Source of the DNA: an uncultured Chloroflexia bacterium
GTDB taxonomy: Bacteria > Chloroflexota > Limnocylindria > Limnocylindrales > CSP1-4
DNA length: 64,000 nt
NCBI GenBank assembly: GCA_963712745.1
Contig: CAVQJC010000005.1
Location: 128,001 to 192,000 of the forward strand
Direction of reading: 5' to 3'
Under the pieces are notes generated by a model. It had not been told where the DNA came from and made no database searches. It saw only the letters and a list, made by a program, of their open reading frames with translations. A program made the translations under genes and the position numbers. This document shows positions 7,169 to 15,628 of this stretch, piece by piece. Numbering within the stretch: the stretch's first letter is position 1; the number at the start of each line of letters is the position of its first letter.

Positions 7169-9508
7169 TCAGTCCGCCGGAGCGTCAGTCTCCTCGCCGC
7201 TGAGCCAGCCGGCCAGGAATCCTGGCACGGACCACTCGGCTGCCAGGTCGCTGCCGAAGAACGCGGGCGCTCCGAACCGCTTGAGCGTGTCGCGCAGGCC
7301 CGGCGCGAGCGCGCCCTGCCCCAGCGCGATGGCGTCCGCAGCCAACTGCTCGTCGACGCGCAGGCGCATCGCGTCGGTCGGGGTGTAGAAGAGGTTGCCG
7401 TAGTTGCGATAGGCGAAGTCGTGGCGGATGCAGGCATCCCGCAGAAGATCGTCGAAGAGCTCGGCGAAGGGGCCGGCCGAGCAGCCGTTGGTGGTCCAGT
7501 CGAACCCGGCATCGATGGCATCACGTTCGGGCTGCTCCCAGATGGCCATGAAACGATCTAGTGGCTCCTCGAACACGAGCTGCTCCAGCCGAGCCGACTG
7601 AGCAGGCGTCGCGCGGCTCCTCAACTGCGGCAGGGCCGCCGAACTCGTCTGGCACCGATCGGGGAAGAAGCGGATGACGACGCAGGTCGTGATGGAGAAG
7701 ATCCCGATGGAGCTGCCGACCAATGGGGCGAACGAGCCGGTGCTGCTCACGGTGGTCCCTGCACCGCGGTCGTTCTCGAGCGCAGCGCCCTCGTCTTGTG
7801 CGTCGCCGACCGCGAGCGAGATCCTGGCCCTGACCCGGCGGTCGTCGTCCTCGGTATCGACCAGGCGAAGCGTCCAATCGGCACCGAAACGGTCGCGCCG
7901 GGCGCAGACCTCCCCTTCCCCACCGCGGACCGCGGCCGACGTGCACACCTCCGGCCCGAGGTGTGCCATGGGAGCGGGTGCCGCCTGTGCCTGCGCCAGC
8001 CATTCATCGACCTTGGCCCGCAGCTCAGCGATGCCGACGAGCGCCAGTGGCTCGGCATCGCTCTCGAACTCGGACGGATAGAGCAGGAACGGCTCCATCT
8101 GCGCTCCGCCGATACCGCCGTGGGAACCGAGCTGTGGTTCGAACGAGGCGACCTCGTCGGCGACCGGGTCGTACATCGAGATGACGACCAGGTCGCCGGC
8201 GTTGGGAGAGGCGGCGATGGCGTGCAGGCTCTCCGCGGCGTAGAGGCCGTAGTGGGCGAGAGGGTCCTGGCCCTCGATCAGCCCGCTCGTGAGGTCGTGG
8301 CTGCCGGCAGGCCCGAACGCGAGCAGGCCGCCGTCCTCCTGCTGCACCGCCACCAGGCCGATGCCAGGATGGGCGACCAGCCCCTCGACGAGCCCGGGAT
8401 GGCGCGATTCGATCTCGGCAGAGCGGATGCGTTCGCCCTGCGCGGGCAGGTAGATGTGCGCGAGGTTGCCCGACGCGGCCACCACCAGGTCCGGCGGATT
8501 GTCGGCGCCGGCCGGGTCCGCGCCAGGGGCCAGGTGACGGTTCACCACGTCGGTCAGCGTCTCTCCGTAGCGCAGTGCAAAAGGCTGGCCATCGGTCTGG
8601 CCGTGGTCGGAGAGGACCACCAGGTGGTACGGCCGGGGCGCCCCCTCTGCCACGGAGCTGATGAAGGCGAGCGACTCGTCGATATGCGTAAGGGCCGCCA
8701 TGGCCACCGGGTGGTCGACGCCGGCGTAGTGGCCGATCTCGTCGTACGTCGTCATCGTCGTGTAGATGTTCGGCGTGCCCCGCTGGAGCTCCCGTACGAC
8801 CGCGGCCGCGCCCACCTCGACCAGGGCCCATTCCAGGGCCGGCCCCACGACCGGCACCGGTGCCTTGCGCTTGATGCCGTCCGTCAGGGGCGCGGCCTCG
8901 CCGTCCAGCACATGCCGGAGCTCAGCCACCACGCCATCGGCGAAGCCGGCCACCGTATGGGCCACCTTGGGCAGGTCGGCCAGGTAGCGCACCACCTCCC
9001 AGACGATGGTCAGGCCGTCGAGGTTGGTGGCCGTGAACACGACGCGGGGTGCACCACCGGTGAAGAGGTTGGTGATGCTCGCGCCGCCGTCGGCCAGCAG
9101 GTCCGCAGGTCCGTCGATGCGAGCCTCGAACAGCCGCGCCTGCTCGCGGTCGAGGAAGTCGAGCAGCTGCCCGGTCTCACGGTCCCACCAGCGGAACCCG
9201 GGCACCTCTTGCTGGTTCCCGTGCAGCAGTCCGGCCTGCGTGACCGTGGTCGTGCTGGCCGCCGTGGTGCGCCAGCCGCCAAGGGTGTGGCTGCCCTGGT
9301 CGATCAGCTCGCTCAGATAGGGCATCGCCCCCGATTCGAGCGCCATACGCATCAGCGGCTCGGACAGCCCGTCGATCTGCACGAACACGAAGCCCGGCTG
9401 GGAGCCGTGGTCGTCCTCGGCCGCTGCCGTCACGGCCGCCGGTACGGCCCAGGCCGTGACCAGGGCGAGGATGAGCGTGAGAAGGGCTCGAGGCGCCCGC
9501 GACGACAT
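7169..9508 (-). CDS. Secreted alkaline-phosphatase-superfamily phosphodiesterase fused to a C-terminal prokaryotic phospholipase A2 domain
   Basis: Signal peptide; VQIDGLS, STTTVTQAGLLHG, YDEIGHYAG, VLSDHGQ, GSHGGIGG; C-terminal FDWTTNGCS...ACIRHDFAYRNY (Streptomyces-type PLA2 His-Asp site). Confidence 0.85.
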   Translation of the reverse strand: MSSRAPRALLTLILALVTAWAVPAAVTAAAEDDHGSQPGFVFVQIDGLSEPLMRMALESGAMPYLSELIDQGSHTLGGWRTTAASTTTVTQAGLLHGNQQEVPGFRWWDRETGQLLDFLDREQARLFEARIDGPADLLADGGASITNLFTGGAPRVVFTATNLDGLTIVWEVVRYLADLPKVAHTVAGFADGVVAELRHVLDGEAAPLTDGIKRKAPVPVVGPALEWALVEVGAAAVVRELQRGTPNIYTTMTTYDEIGHYAGVDHPVAMAALTHIDESLAFISSVAEGAPRPYHLVVLSDHGQTDGQPFALRYGETLTDVVNRHLAPGADPAGADNPPDLVVAASGNLAHIYLPAQGERIRSAEIESRHPGLVEGLVAHPGIGLVAVQQEDGGLLAFGPAGSHDLTSGLIEGQDPLAHYGLYAAESLHAIAASPNAGDLVVISMYDPVADEVASFEPQLGSHGGIGGAQMEPFLLYPSEFESDAEPLALVGIAELRAKVDEWLAQAQAAPAPMAHLGPEVCTSAAVRGGEGEVCARRDRFGADWTLRLVDTEDDDRRVRARISLAVGDAQDEGAALENDRGAGTTVSSTGSFAPLVGSSIGIFSITTCVVIRFFPDRCQTSSAALPQLRSRATPAQSARLEQLVFEEPLDRFMAIWEQPERDAIDAGFDWTTNGCSAGPFAELFDDLLRDACIRHDFAYRNYGNLFYTPTDAMRLRVDEQLAADAIALGQGALAPGLRDTLKRFGAPAFFGSDLAAEWSVPGFLAGWLSGEETDAPAD

Positions 9509-9595
9509 GGGGGCAGCCTAGCGCAGACGGCGCCGGACCCCGGCAGCGGACCCCGGCGCCGCGAACGAGCACGCCCTCGACGAACGACAGGCCCA

Positions 9596-9643
9596 CATCG
9601 ATGCCGCTTGACATCTTGATGCGACTATCTGATGCTTTGATGC
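9596..9643 (+). promoter_or_regulatory. Sigma70-type promoter for a probably leaderless vapBC transcript, overlapped by TGATGC/CATC-GATG operator repeats
   Basis: TTGACA at 9608-9613, 17 bp spacer, GATGCT at 9631-9636, ATG 7 nt later with no SD; tgatgc x3 and catc..gatg palindromes. Confidence 0.6.
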
Positions 9644-9886
9644 ATGAGGACCACCATCAAGATCGATGACGCACTCCTGGCGGAGGCAAAGGCACGCGCT
9701 GCCCGGAGCGGGCGCACGCTGAACGCCGTGGTCGAGGACGCACTGCGCGAGGCCTTTGCGCGCGGTGCCGCCCGATCAGCCGAACGACCGGCGCTGCCGG
9801 TCTGGCGGGGCAGCCGCCTGATGCCGGGGGCAGACCTTGATGACTCGGCCGCCCTGCTGGAACTGATGGGGATGCGCGAGCTTTGA
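9644..9886 (+). CDS. vapB: VapB antitoxin (ribbon-helix-helix)
   Basis: MRTTIKIDDALLAEAK...TLNAVVEDALRE; PGADLDDSAALLELM; TTGA overlap with vapC. Confidence 0.9.
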   Translation: MRTTIKIDDALLAEAKARAARSGRTLNAVVEDALREAFARGAARSAERPALPVWRGSRLMPGADLDDSAALLELMGMREL

Positions 9887-10317
9887 TACTCATCGACGTG
9901 AACGTGCTCGTACGTGCCTTCCACGACGGTGTGCCAGAGCATGCCCGCTATCGGGATTGGCTCGACGCCGTCGTCCTCTCGCCAGAACCGTTCGGCGTCA
10001 GCGAGCTCGTGCTGAGCGGCGTCATCCGGATATCAACGCACCCAAGGATCTTCGATCCACCCGCCTCGACCTCGGCTGCCCTGGCCTTCGCAGCCGCCCT
10101 CCGCGGCCAACCCAACGCCGTCATCATCACGCCGGGACCCCGTCACTGGGACATCTTCTCGAGCCTGTGCCAGACCGCCGACGCCAAGGGGAACCTCATC
10201 CCTGACGCGTATCTGGCGGCGCTGGCCATCGAGTCGGGCAGCGAGTGGATCACCACCGACCGCGACTTCAGCCGCTTCTCCGGCCTCCGCTGGCGCCATC
10301 CGCTGGCGACCAGCTGA
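9883..10317 (+). CDS. vapC: VapC PIN-domain toxin
   Basis: MILIDVNVLV, RISTHPRIF, GNLIPDAYLAALAIE, TTDRDFSRF. Confidence 0.93.
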   Translation: MILIDVNVLVRAFHDGVPEHARYRDWLDAVVLSPEPFGVSELVLSGVIRISTHPRIFDPPASTSAALAFAAALRGQPNAVIITPGPRHWDIFSSLCQTADAKGNLIPDAYLAALAIESGSEWITTDRDFSRFSGLRWRHPLATS

Positions 10318-10395
10318 GACGGCAACCAGGTATGAGACACGAAGGCTGCCAGGACTCTCCCTCCGTCGTGACGAAACCCTGATGACCCCCGGGGT

Positions 10396-12429
10396 CTAGC
10401 CTTCGAGGGCCTCCAGGAGCATCGGCAAGGACTCCTCGAAGGCCGGGTTCCAGGTCTCCCACGTGTGCGTGCCGGAGCCCGACACGGCGGTGACCGGGAT
10501 GCCGAGCTCCGCGAGCCGGGCCACGAAGACCTCGTTGTGCTGCGCCAACCACTCCTCCAGGCCGTCCACCACGGGGCCGCCCGCCTCTTCTGTGCCATCG
10601 CCCCAGGAGACGTACAGCGGAGTGCCCTCGAGGTTGGCCGCCAGCGTCACCGGGTCGTGCGCCTCCCAGATCTCGAGCTGCTCCTCCTTGTCACCCCACA
10701 GGGCGTAGTCGTGGAACCAGTCGGAGCCCAGCGGATCGAGCACGCCGCTGTACGAGGCCGCGGCACGGAAGTGGCCGGGGTAGCGAGCCGCGTAGGACAT
10801 GGCCCCGAAGCCGCCCATCGAGAGACCGGCCACGGCACGACGGTCGTCTGCCCGCCAGTCGGCCTCCAGGATCGCCGGCAGCTCCTCGATGTGGAACGTG
10901 GCCCAGGCGTTCTCGGCATTGCCCTCGCCGACGTTCCACCAGTCGGAGTAGTAGCTGGCCCCAGCGTCGGGCATGACCATGAGCACGTCGAGCCCGAGCT
11001 CTTCAGCGAGCCGGGGCGCGATGTCGGTGTCTTCGCTCCAGTTGGTGTAGTTCCCGCCCTGGCCATGGAGCAGGTAGAGCGACGGCCATGTCGCGTCGGG
11101 CTGTTCATCCCAGCTCGCGGGCAGGATGAGGCGCACTTGCTTGATGCCGACCGACGGCGACTCGATGGTCAGGTCGACCATGCGCTCCCCGATCTCGGTG
11201 ACGTCGGCGACACGAAGCTCGGTGATGGGCGCGGGCTCGGGCTCGACGACCTCCACGGCCGCGGCGTCCTCCACGGGTGCCTCGGCGACGTCATCGGCCG
11301 CGACGTCATCGGCTGGTGCCTCGGGCTCGGTGCCACGGGGCACCGGCAGCTCGGGCAGGTCGCTCTCGATGATGACGCCTTCGAGAGCGATGCCTCCGCC
11401 ATCCGTCGTCGTCTCCACGAGTGCCGTCAGCCCCTCATAGGCGCCCTCGCCGTCGAACACGACGGTCTCGGCCGAGCCGTCCGGGCGGTCGGGGTGATCG
11501 AAGCTGTAGCCCGGGCGTCCCTGCCAGGCACCCTCGTCGTTCTCGATGCGCAGGCCGCCGGCCCAGATGTTGATGCCATGGTCGAGGTAGGTGTCGTGGT
11601 CGAAGGTGAGCACCGCGTCGCCATTGAAGCGCTCGTCGGTGGTCGAGCTGCGGGTCTTCCAGGAGCCCCCGCGGCTCATCTCCAGTCCGCGCTCGCGGGT
11701 GGTGACCTCACTGGCGAGGTTCGGGCCGAAGGGGACGTAGCCGCTGAACACGACCGGGTCCGCGAGAGGGTGCGGGCAGGGCTCGTCGTAGGTGCAGCCG
11801 TTCTCGTCCAGCCAAGCCGCCCACTCCTCGGCTGATTTGGCCGACAGCTGGCCGTGCAGCTGGGCCTCGAGGACCGTGGACCAGTCGCCGAAGCTCAGGA
11901 GACCCGCCAGGTCAGGGTCGTTCGCCTGCAGCCACTGGCCCCAGGGACCGTCGACGTCCCTGAATCCGAAGGTGCCGATGCGCTGTCGCTGCGAGGCGAT
12001 GCCGTCCGCGGTGATGACCTGGGTCAGCGTGTGCGGGACTGGCGGGGCACCGACGAGCCGGTGCGAGTACGGCAGGTGTGCGTACTCACAGCTCACCGTG
12101 ACCTCGGTCGAGTCGTCGTTGGCCGCTGCTGAGCACTCCTGGTCGACGAGCTGTGTGCCCTCCGCCAGCTTCCAGCTGTAGAAGTGTTGCCACTGATCGC
12201 GCGACATGGGCCCGAGCTCCTCCGCGAACTCGGCGTCGGGGGCCATCAACCCGAGCATGTCAGCGACGGAACCGTCTTCGTAGGCCTCGAACCAGGCCTG
12301 GCTGACCGCCAGCGCCTCTTGCTCGGTGATGGTGGACGGCTCAGCCTCCTGAGCCACGACCGGCAGCGCAACCGCCACCAGCATCCCGGCCGACAGCAAC
12401 ACGGCCAGTGAGGTCTTGACCTTCCTCAC
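10396..12429 (-). CDS. Secreted multidomain protein: NTF2/SnoaL-like domain, beta-rich domain, and C-terminal antigen-85-like alpha/beta hydrolase (esterase)
   Basis: GTG 12429 behind GGAGG; signal peptide ..ALPVVA-QE; LYLLHGQGG, AGLSMGG nucleophile elbow, GTHTWETW. Confidence 0.82.
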   Translation of the reverse strand: MRKVKTSLAVLLSAGMLVAVALPVVAQEAEPSTITEQEALAVSQAWFEAYEDGSVADMLGLMAPDAEFAEELGPMSRDQWQHFYSWKLAEGTQLVDQECSAAANDDSTEVTVSCEYAHLPYSHRLVGAPPVPHTLTQVITADGIASQRQRIGTFGFRDVDGPWGQWLQANDPDLAGLLSFGDWSTVLEAQLHGQLSAKSAEEWAAWLDENGCTYDEPCPHPLADPVVFSGYVPFGPNLASEVTTRERGLEMSRGGSWKTRSSTTDERFNGDAVLTFDHDTYLDHGINIWAGGLRIENDEGAWQGRPGYSFDHPDRPDGSAETVVFDGEGAYEGLTALVETTTDGGGIALEGVIIESDLPELPVPRGTEPEAPADDVAADDVAEAPVEDAAAVEVVEPEPAPITELRVADVTEIGERMVDLTIESPSVGIKQVRLILPASWDEQPDATWPSLYLLHGQGGNYTNWSEDTDIAPRLAEELGLDVLMVMPDAGASYYSDWWNVGEGNAENAWATFHIEELPAILEADWRADDRRAVAGLSMGGFGAMSYAARYPGHFRAAASYSGVLDPLGSDWFHDYALWGDKEEQLEIWEAHDPVTLAANLEGTPLYVSWGDGTEEAGGPVVDGLEEWLAQHNEVFVARLAELGIPVTAVSGSGTHTWETWNPAFEESLPMLLEALEG

Positions 12430-12591
12430 AGCATTCCTCCATTGGGTCGCACCGAGGCGTCGCCGGGCACGATCGCACCAACCCCCTGTCGATAGAGAGG
12501 GCTTGGACCCGCCATTTCGTTCCAGATCCGACCCCATCGCGCGGGTCTCGGGCGGCCCGAGCGGTGCCCGCCAGCTGGAGGTGCTGGTGAC

Positions 12592-12921
12592 CTAGGCGTC
12601 GTCCGACGCATCGTCACCGGTCCGGCGGCGACGCCTGGCATGGGATCGCTGCTTCCCGAGCTCGGTGATGAAGGCGCCCAGGATGCCCAGGCCGGAGATG
12701 ATGTAGGCGACGGTGAAGAGCTTCGCCAACTCTGTGGTCGGCGTAAGGTCTCCAAAGCCGACCGTGGCCAGGGCCACGACGGAGAAGTAGAGCGCATCGA
12801 CGACCGACCAGCCCTCGAGGAACATGTAGACGACGGTCCCGACCGCGACCATGGAGACGGCGCTGACGAGCAGCACTCTGGACTCGGGGTTGCCAAGCAT
12901 CGCTCGGGTGGCAGAGAACAT
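12592..12921 (-). CDS. Minimal 2-TM potassium channel family protein
   Basis: ATG 12921 behind GAAGGAGG; EGWSVVDALYFSVVALATVGFGDLTP selectivity filter. Confidence 0.9.
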   Translation of the reverse strand: MFSATRAMLGNPESRVLLVSAVSMVAVGTVVYMFLEGWSVVDALYFSVVALATVGFGDLTPTTELAKLFTVAYIISGLGILGAFITELGKQRSHARRRRRTGDDASDDA

Positions 12922-13122
12922 CAGGTGCCAAGCCTCCTTCTGTGAACCGGCGCCTCTGGTGACCCGGCGCCTCGACTGCACTGAGCACGATGATGACGAA
13001 CGCGGCAGCCCCGCGGTGTTCGCACCCGGCGCCACCGGGGCGTCTGCGCAGCGCTCCCGACTCCATGCGAGCGCCCTGCCCCGGCCGGTGGTACGTTGCA
13101 GCGACAGGAGGCCCTCACCAGC

Positions 13123-15601
13123 TTGAAGTCGTCGTCCATCGTCCGTGCCTGCGTTCTTGCCGTCGCCGGCGCCTTCGCCATGAGCGCCATTCCGGGCGCC
13201 GGGCCGGTCACGCTCGGCCCTGCCCCGGTCAGCGCCGCAGAGGCCGCGTGCATCGACGGGTGGCGCCAGGTCAGGATGCCCACCGCCGCCGATCCCAGCT
13301 ACCTCATGAGCGTCGTCTCGGACGGCAAGGGCCCACGCTGGCTGCTGGGCGGCTCCCACGAGAAAGGCAGCATCGCCTTCCGGCGGGGCAAGGGCGGCTG
13401 GAAGCGTGTGCCCATCAGCGATGGCGGGACACGGGGCCTGACCGGCGGCTCCACCGCCAACGACCGCGACGTGGCCATCAGTGGCTACGTCAACACGCCC
13501 CAGATCGGACTCATCGGGAGGATGTCAGGCAACAGCTGGGCCAACAGCACGCTCCGGCCGGATGTCTCCACCCTCACCGGCACGGCCGTCAGCGGTGGCA
13601 CCACCTGGGTGGTGGGCACGCGTCAGCGTTCCGATCGCCTGCAGGCCGTGGCACTGCGCGGCTCGAACGGCCGCTGGTCCCGCCTGGATCCTCCGACCGG
13701 CAAGGGAGCGTCGGCCCTGACCGCGGTGGACGCCACGCCGTCAGGAGCCGTGTGGGTCGTGGGCTGGAAGCAATCCGGCAGTGGCTGGAACCGGCCCTTC
13801 GTCGCCCGCCGCGGCAACGACGGCTGGAAGGTCGGCCGCACCGCCCCGCTGCCGCCCGGGGAAGCCGTGCTCACCGACGTGCACTTCGCCTCGGGCAAGC
13901 GGGGCTGGACTCACTGGCTACCACGTCGACGCGGACAGCGGTCGGTACAGCCCCATCCTGCAGCGCTGGGACGGCAGTCGCTGGGAGGCGGTGGAGCTGC
14001 CCTTCGCGCAGGATCGCGAACTCATCGCGCGGGCGGTGGCGACCTCCGGATCGGGTCGCCTGTGGCTGGCCGGAACGCAGCTGGCGGGCGGCGAGGACGA
14101 GGTCAGGGGCTGGATCGCCGAGCTCCGCGACGACGAGTGGATCTTCCACCTCGTCGACACGCCCCCGGACATCCCCACCGAACTGCGCGCGCTGGCGGCC
14201 GGACGCACTGGTGCCGTGGCAGTCGGCTCGGCCCAGCCCTCGATGCTGCTGCTGGAGACCTGCGACGTGGAGACCCCGGCGGACGCGACGGAGGACCAGC
14301 CGATCGACGACGCGACCGAGGGTCCCTCCCCCGCCGAGGATGCGGCCTCAGCCGGGGGTGAGGACTCAGCCGGGGAGACCACCGCCGGCGAGGAGGAGAC
14401 CGCCCGCCGAGGTGCCACCCGCCTCGTGGCCCAGGGCAAGTCCGCTCCGCCGCCCTTCGGCCCCACGTTCGAGCCCAAGAAGTGGCGCGTCCGGGACGTC
14501 TCTCGCAAGCACGGCATGGAGACCAACGTCAAGACCTGGGCGGGGTTCATCCACGACATCGACGGCAACGGCTGGGATGACATCTTCTACTCGCGCCACC
14601 TCCTGGAGCCACCACGGCTGCTGCTGGCGGACGAGAACGGCCTGCGCGATGCCCCCGGGAGCGGCTTCAGCGTCATCGATCGTCATGGCTGCGACGCCTC
14701 CGATCTCGACGGCAACGGCCAGGCGGACATCTTCTGCACCGTCGGGCGCGTGCGCGGGACCGCGACCGGCCGGCACGAGCTCTCGATGAACCCGGCCACC
14801 GAGCAGGCTGCGATCGCACGCAATTCGGCCGGGGCGGTCGACCCACTCGGGCGCGGCCGATATGCGACCTTCATCGACCACGACGGCGATGGTGACGAGG
14901 ACCTCTTCCTGACCACCATCAAGCGCCGTGTCGATGGGCTCCCGGGCGGCAACCACTTCTTCGAGAACGTGGACGGCCGCTTCGTGCCCGCGCCGGAAGT
15001 CGGCCTCGACACGGCGGTCGGCAGCAAGTGCCTGTGGTCGGGCGACATCGACGGTGACGGTGACGAGGATCTCATCAACTGCGTGGCCAACCCCGACGAT
15101 GGCCGGCCGGCCGGCGTTCGCCTCTACCGCAACGACAAGGGGCGGCTCGTCGACCGCACCGCAGGACGGGGCATCAGCCCCATGGGCGACGTCGATGTGG
15201 CGGTCGCCGATGTCGACGGCGACGACCTACCCGACCTCATCCAGCTGGCCGAGGGCCGCCTGCGCGTCAGCACCCAGACCGATGGCGGATTCGTCAAGAC
15301 CTACGAGGCCAGCACCACGAACGCGGTGGCGATCGCGGCCGGGGACGTCAACCGGGACAAGCTGGCGGACATCTACGTCCTGCGCGGCGGTGACAAGACC
15401 AACGGCAAGGACTTCCTGCTGGTCAACCGCGGCAATGGCACGGTCTTCCAGTCGGCCCGCATCCCCCAGACGAAGAAGGGTGATGCCGACGACGTCCTGG
15501 CCATCGACTTCGACCGCAACGGCCGGACCGACTTCGTGGTCCTCAACGGCGCGGACAGGCCCGGGCCGGTACAGCTGCTGGCGACGCTGCCGCGCAAGTA
15601 G
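13123..15601 (+). pseudogene. Secreted beta-propeller + FG-GAP/VCBS repeat protein, split by a +1 frameshift at ~13909-13912 (pseudogene or sequencing error)
   Basis: ORFs 13096-14361 and 13781-15601 join to give a full-length paralog of 32535-34970: RGW|LTGYH versus RGWATGYH; DxDGDGxxD repeats; AGGAGG then TTG 13123. Confidence 0.85.
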
Positions 15602-15628
15602 GCCGGGCCCGCTCCGTAGGCGAGCGGG

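Noticed and set aside
7796-9619. Long antisense and alternative-frame ORFs (also 12990-14789, 20375-21958, 32532-34880 and others)
   Set aside because: Shadow ORFs of high-GC genes; Arg/Pro/Gly-rich or antisense-biased with no motifs, while the overlapping frame has clear family motifs
10360-10395. Hammerhead ribozyme-like words GAAAC and CTGATGA
   Set aside because: They are adjacent, leaving no room for stems I and III, and no GAAA follows a stem II
13861-13920. Programmed frameshift or phase variation in the FG-GAP gene
   Set aside because: No slippery heptamer or long homopolymer; a single inserted base explains it and the paralog is uninterrupted
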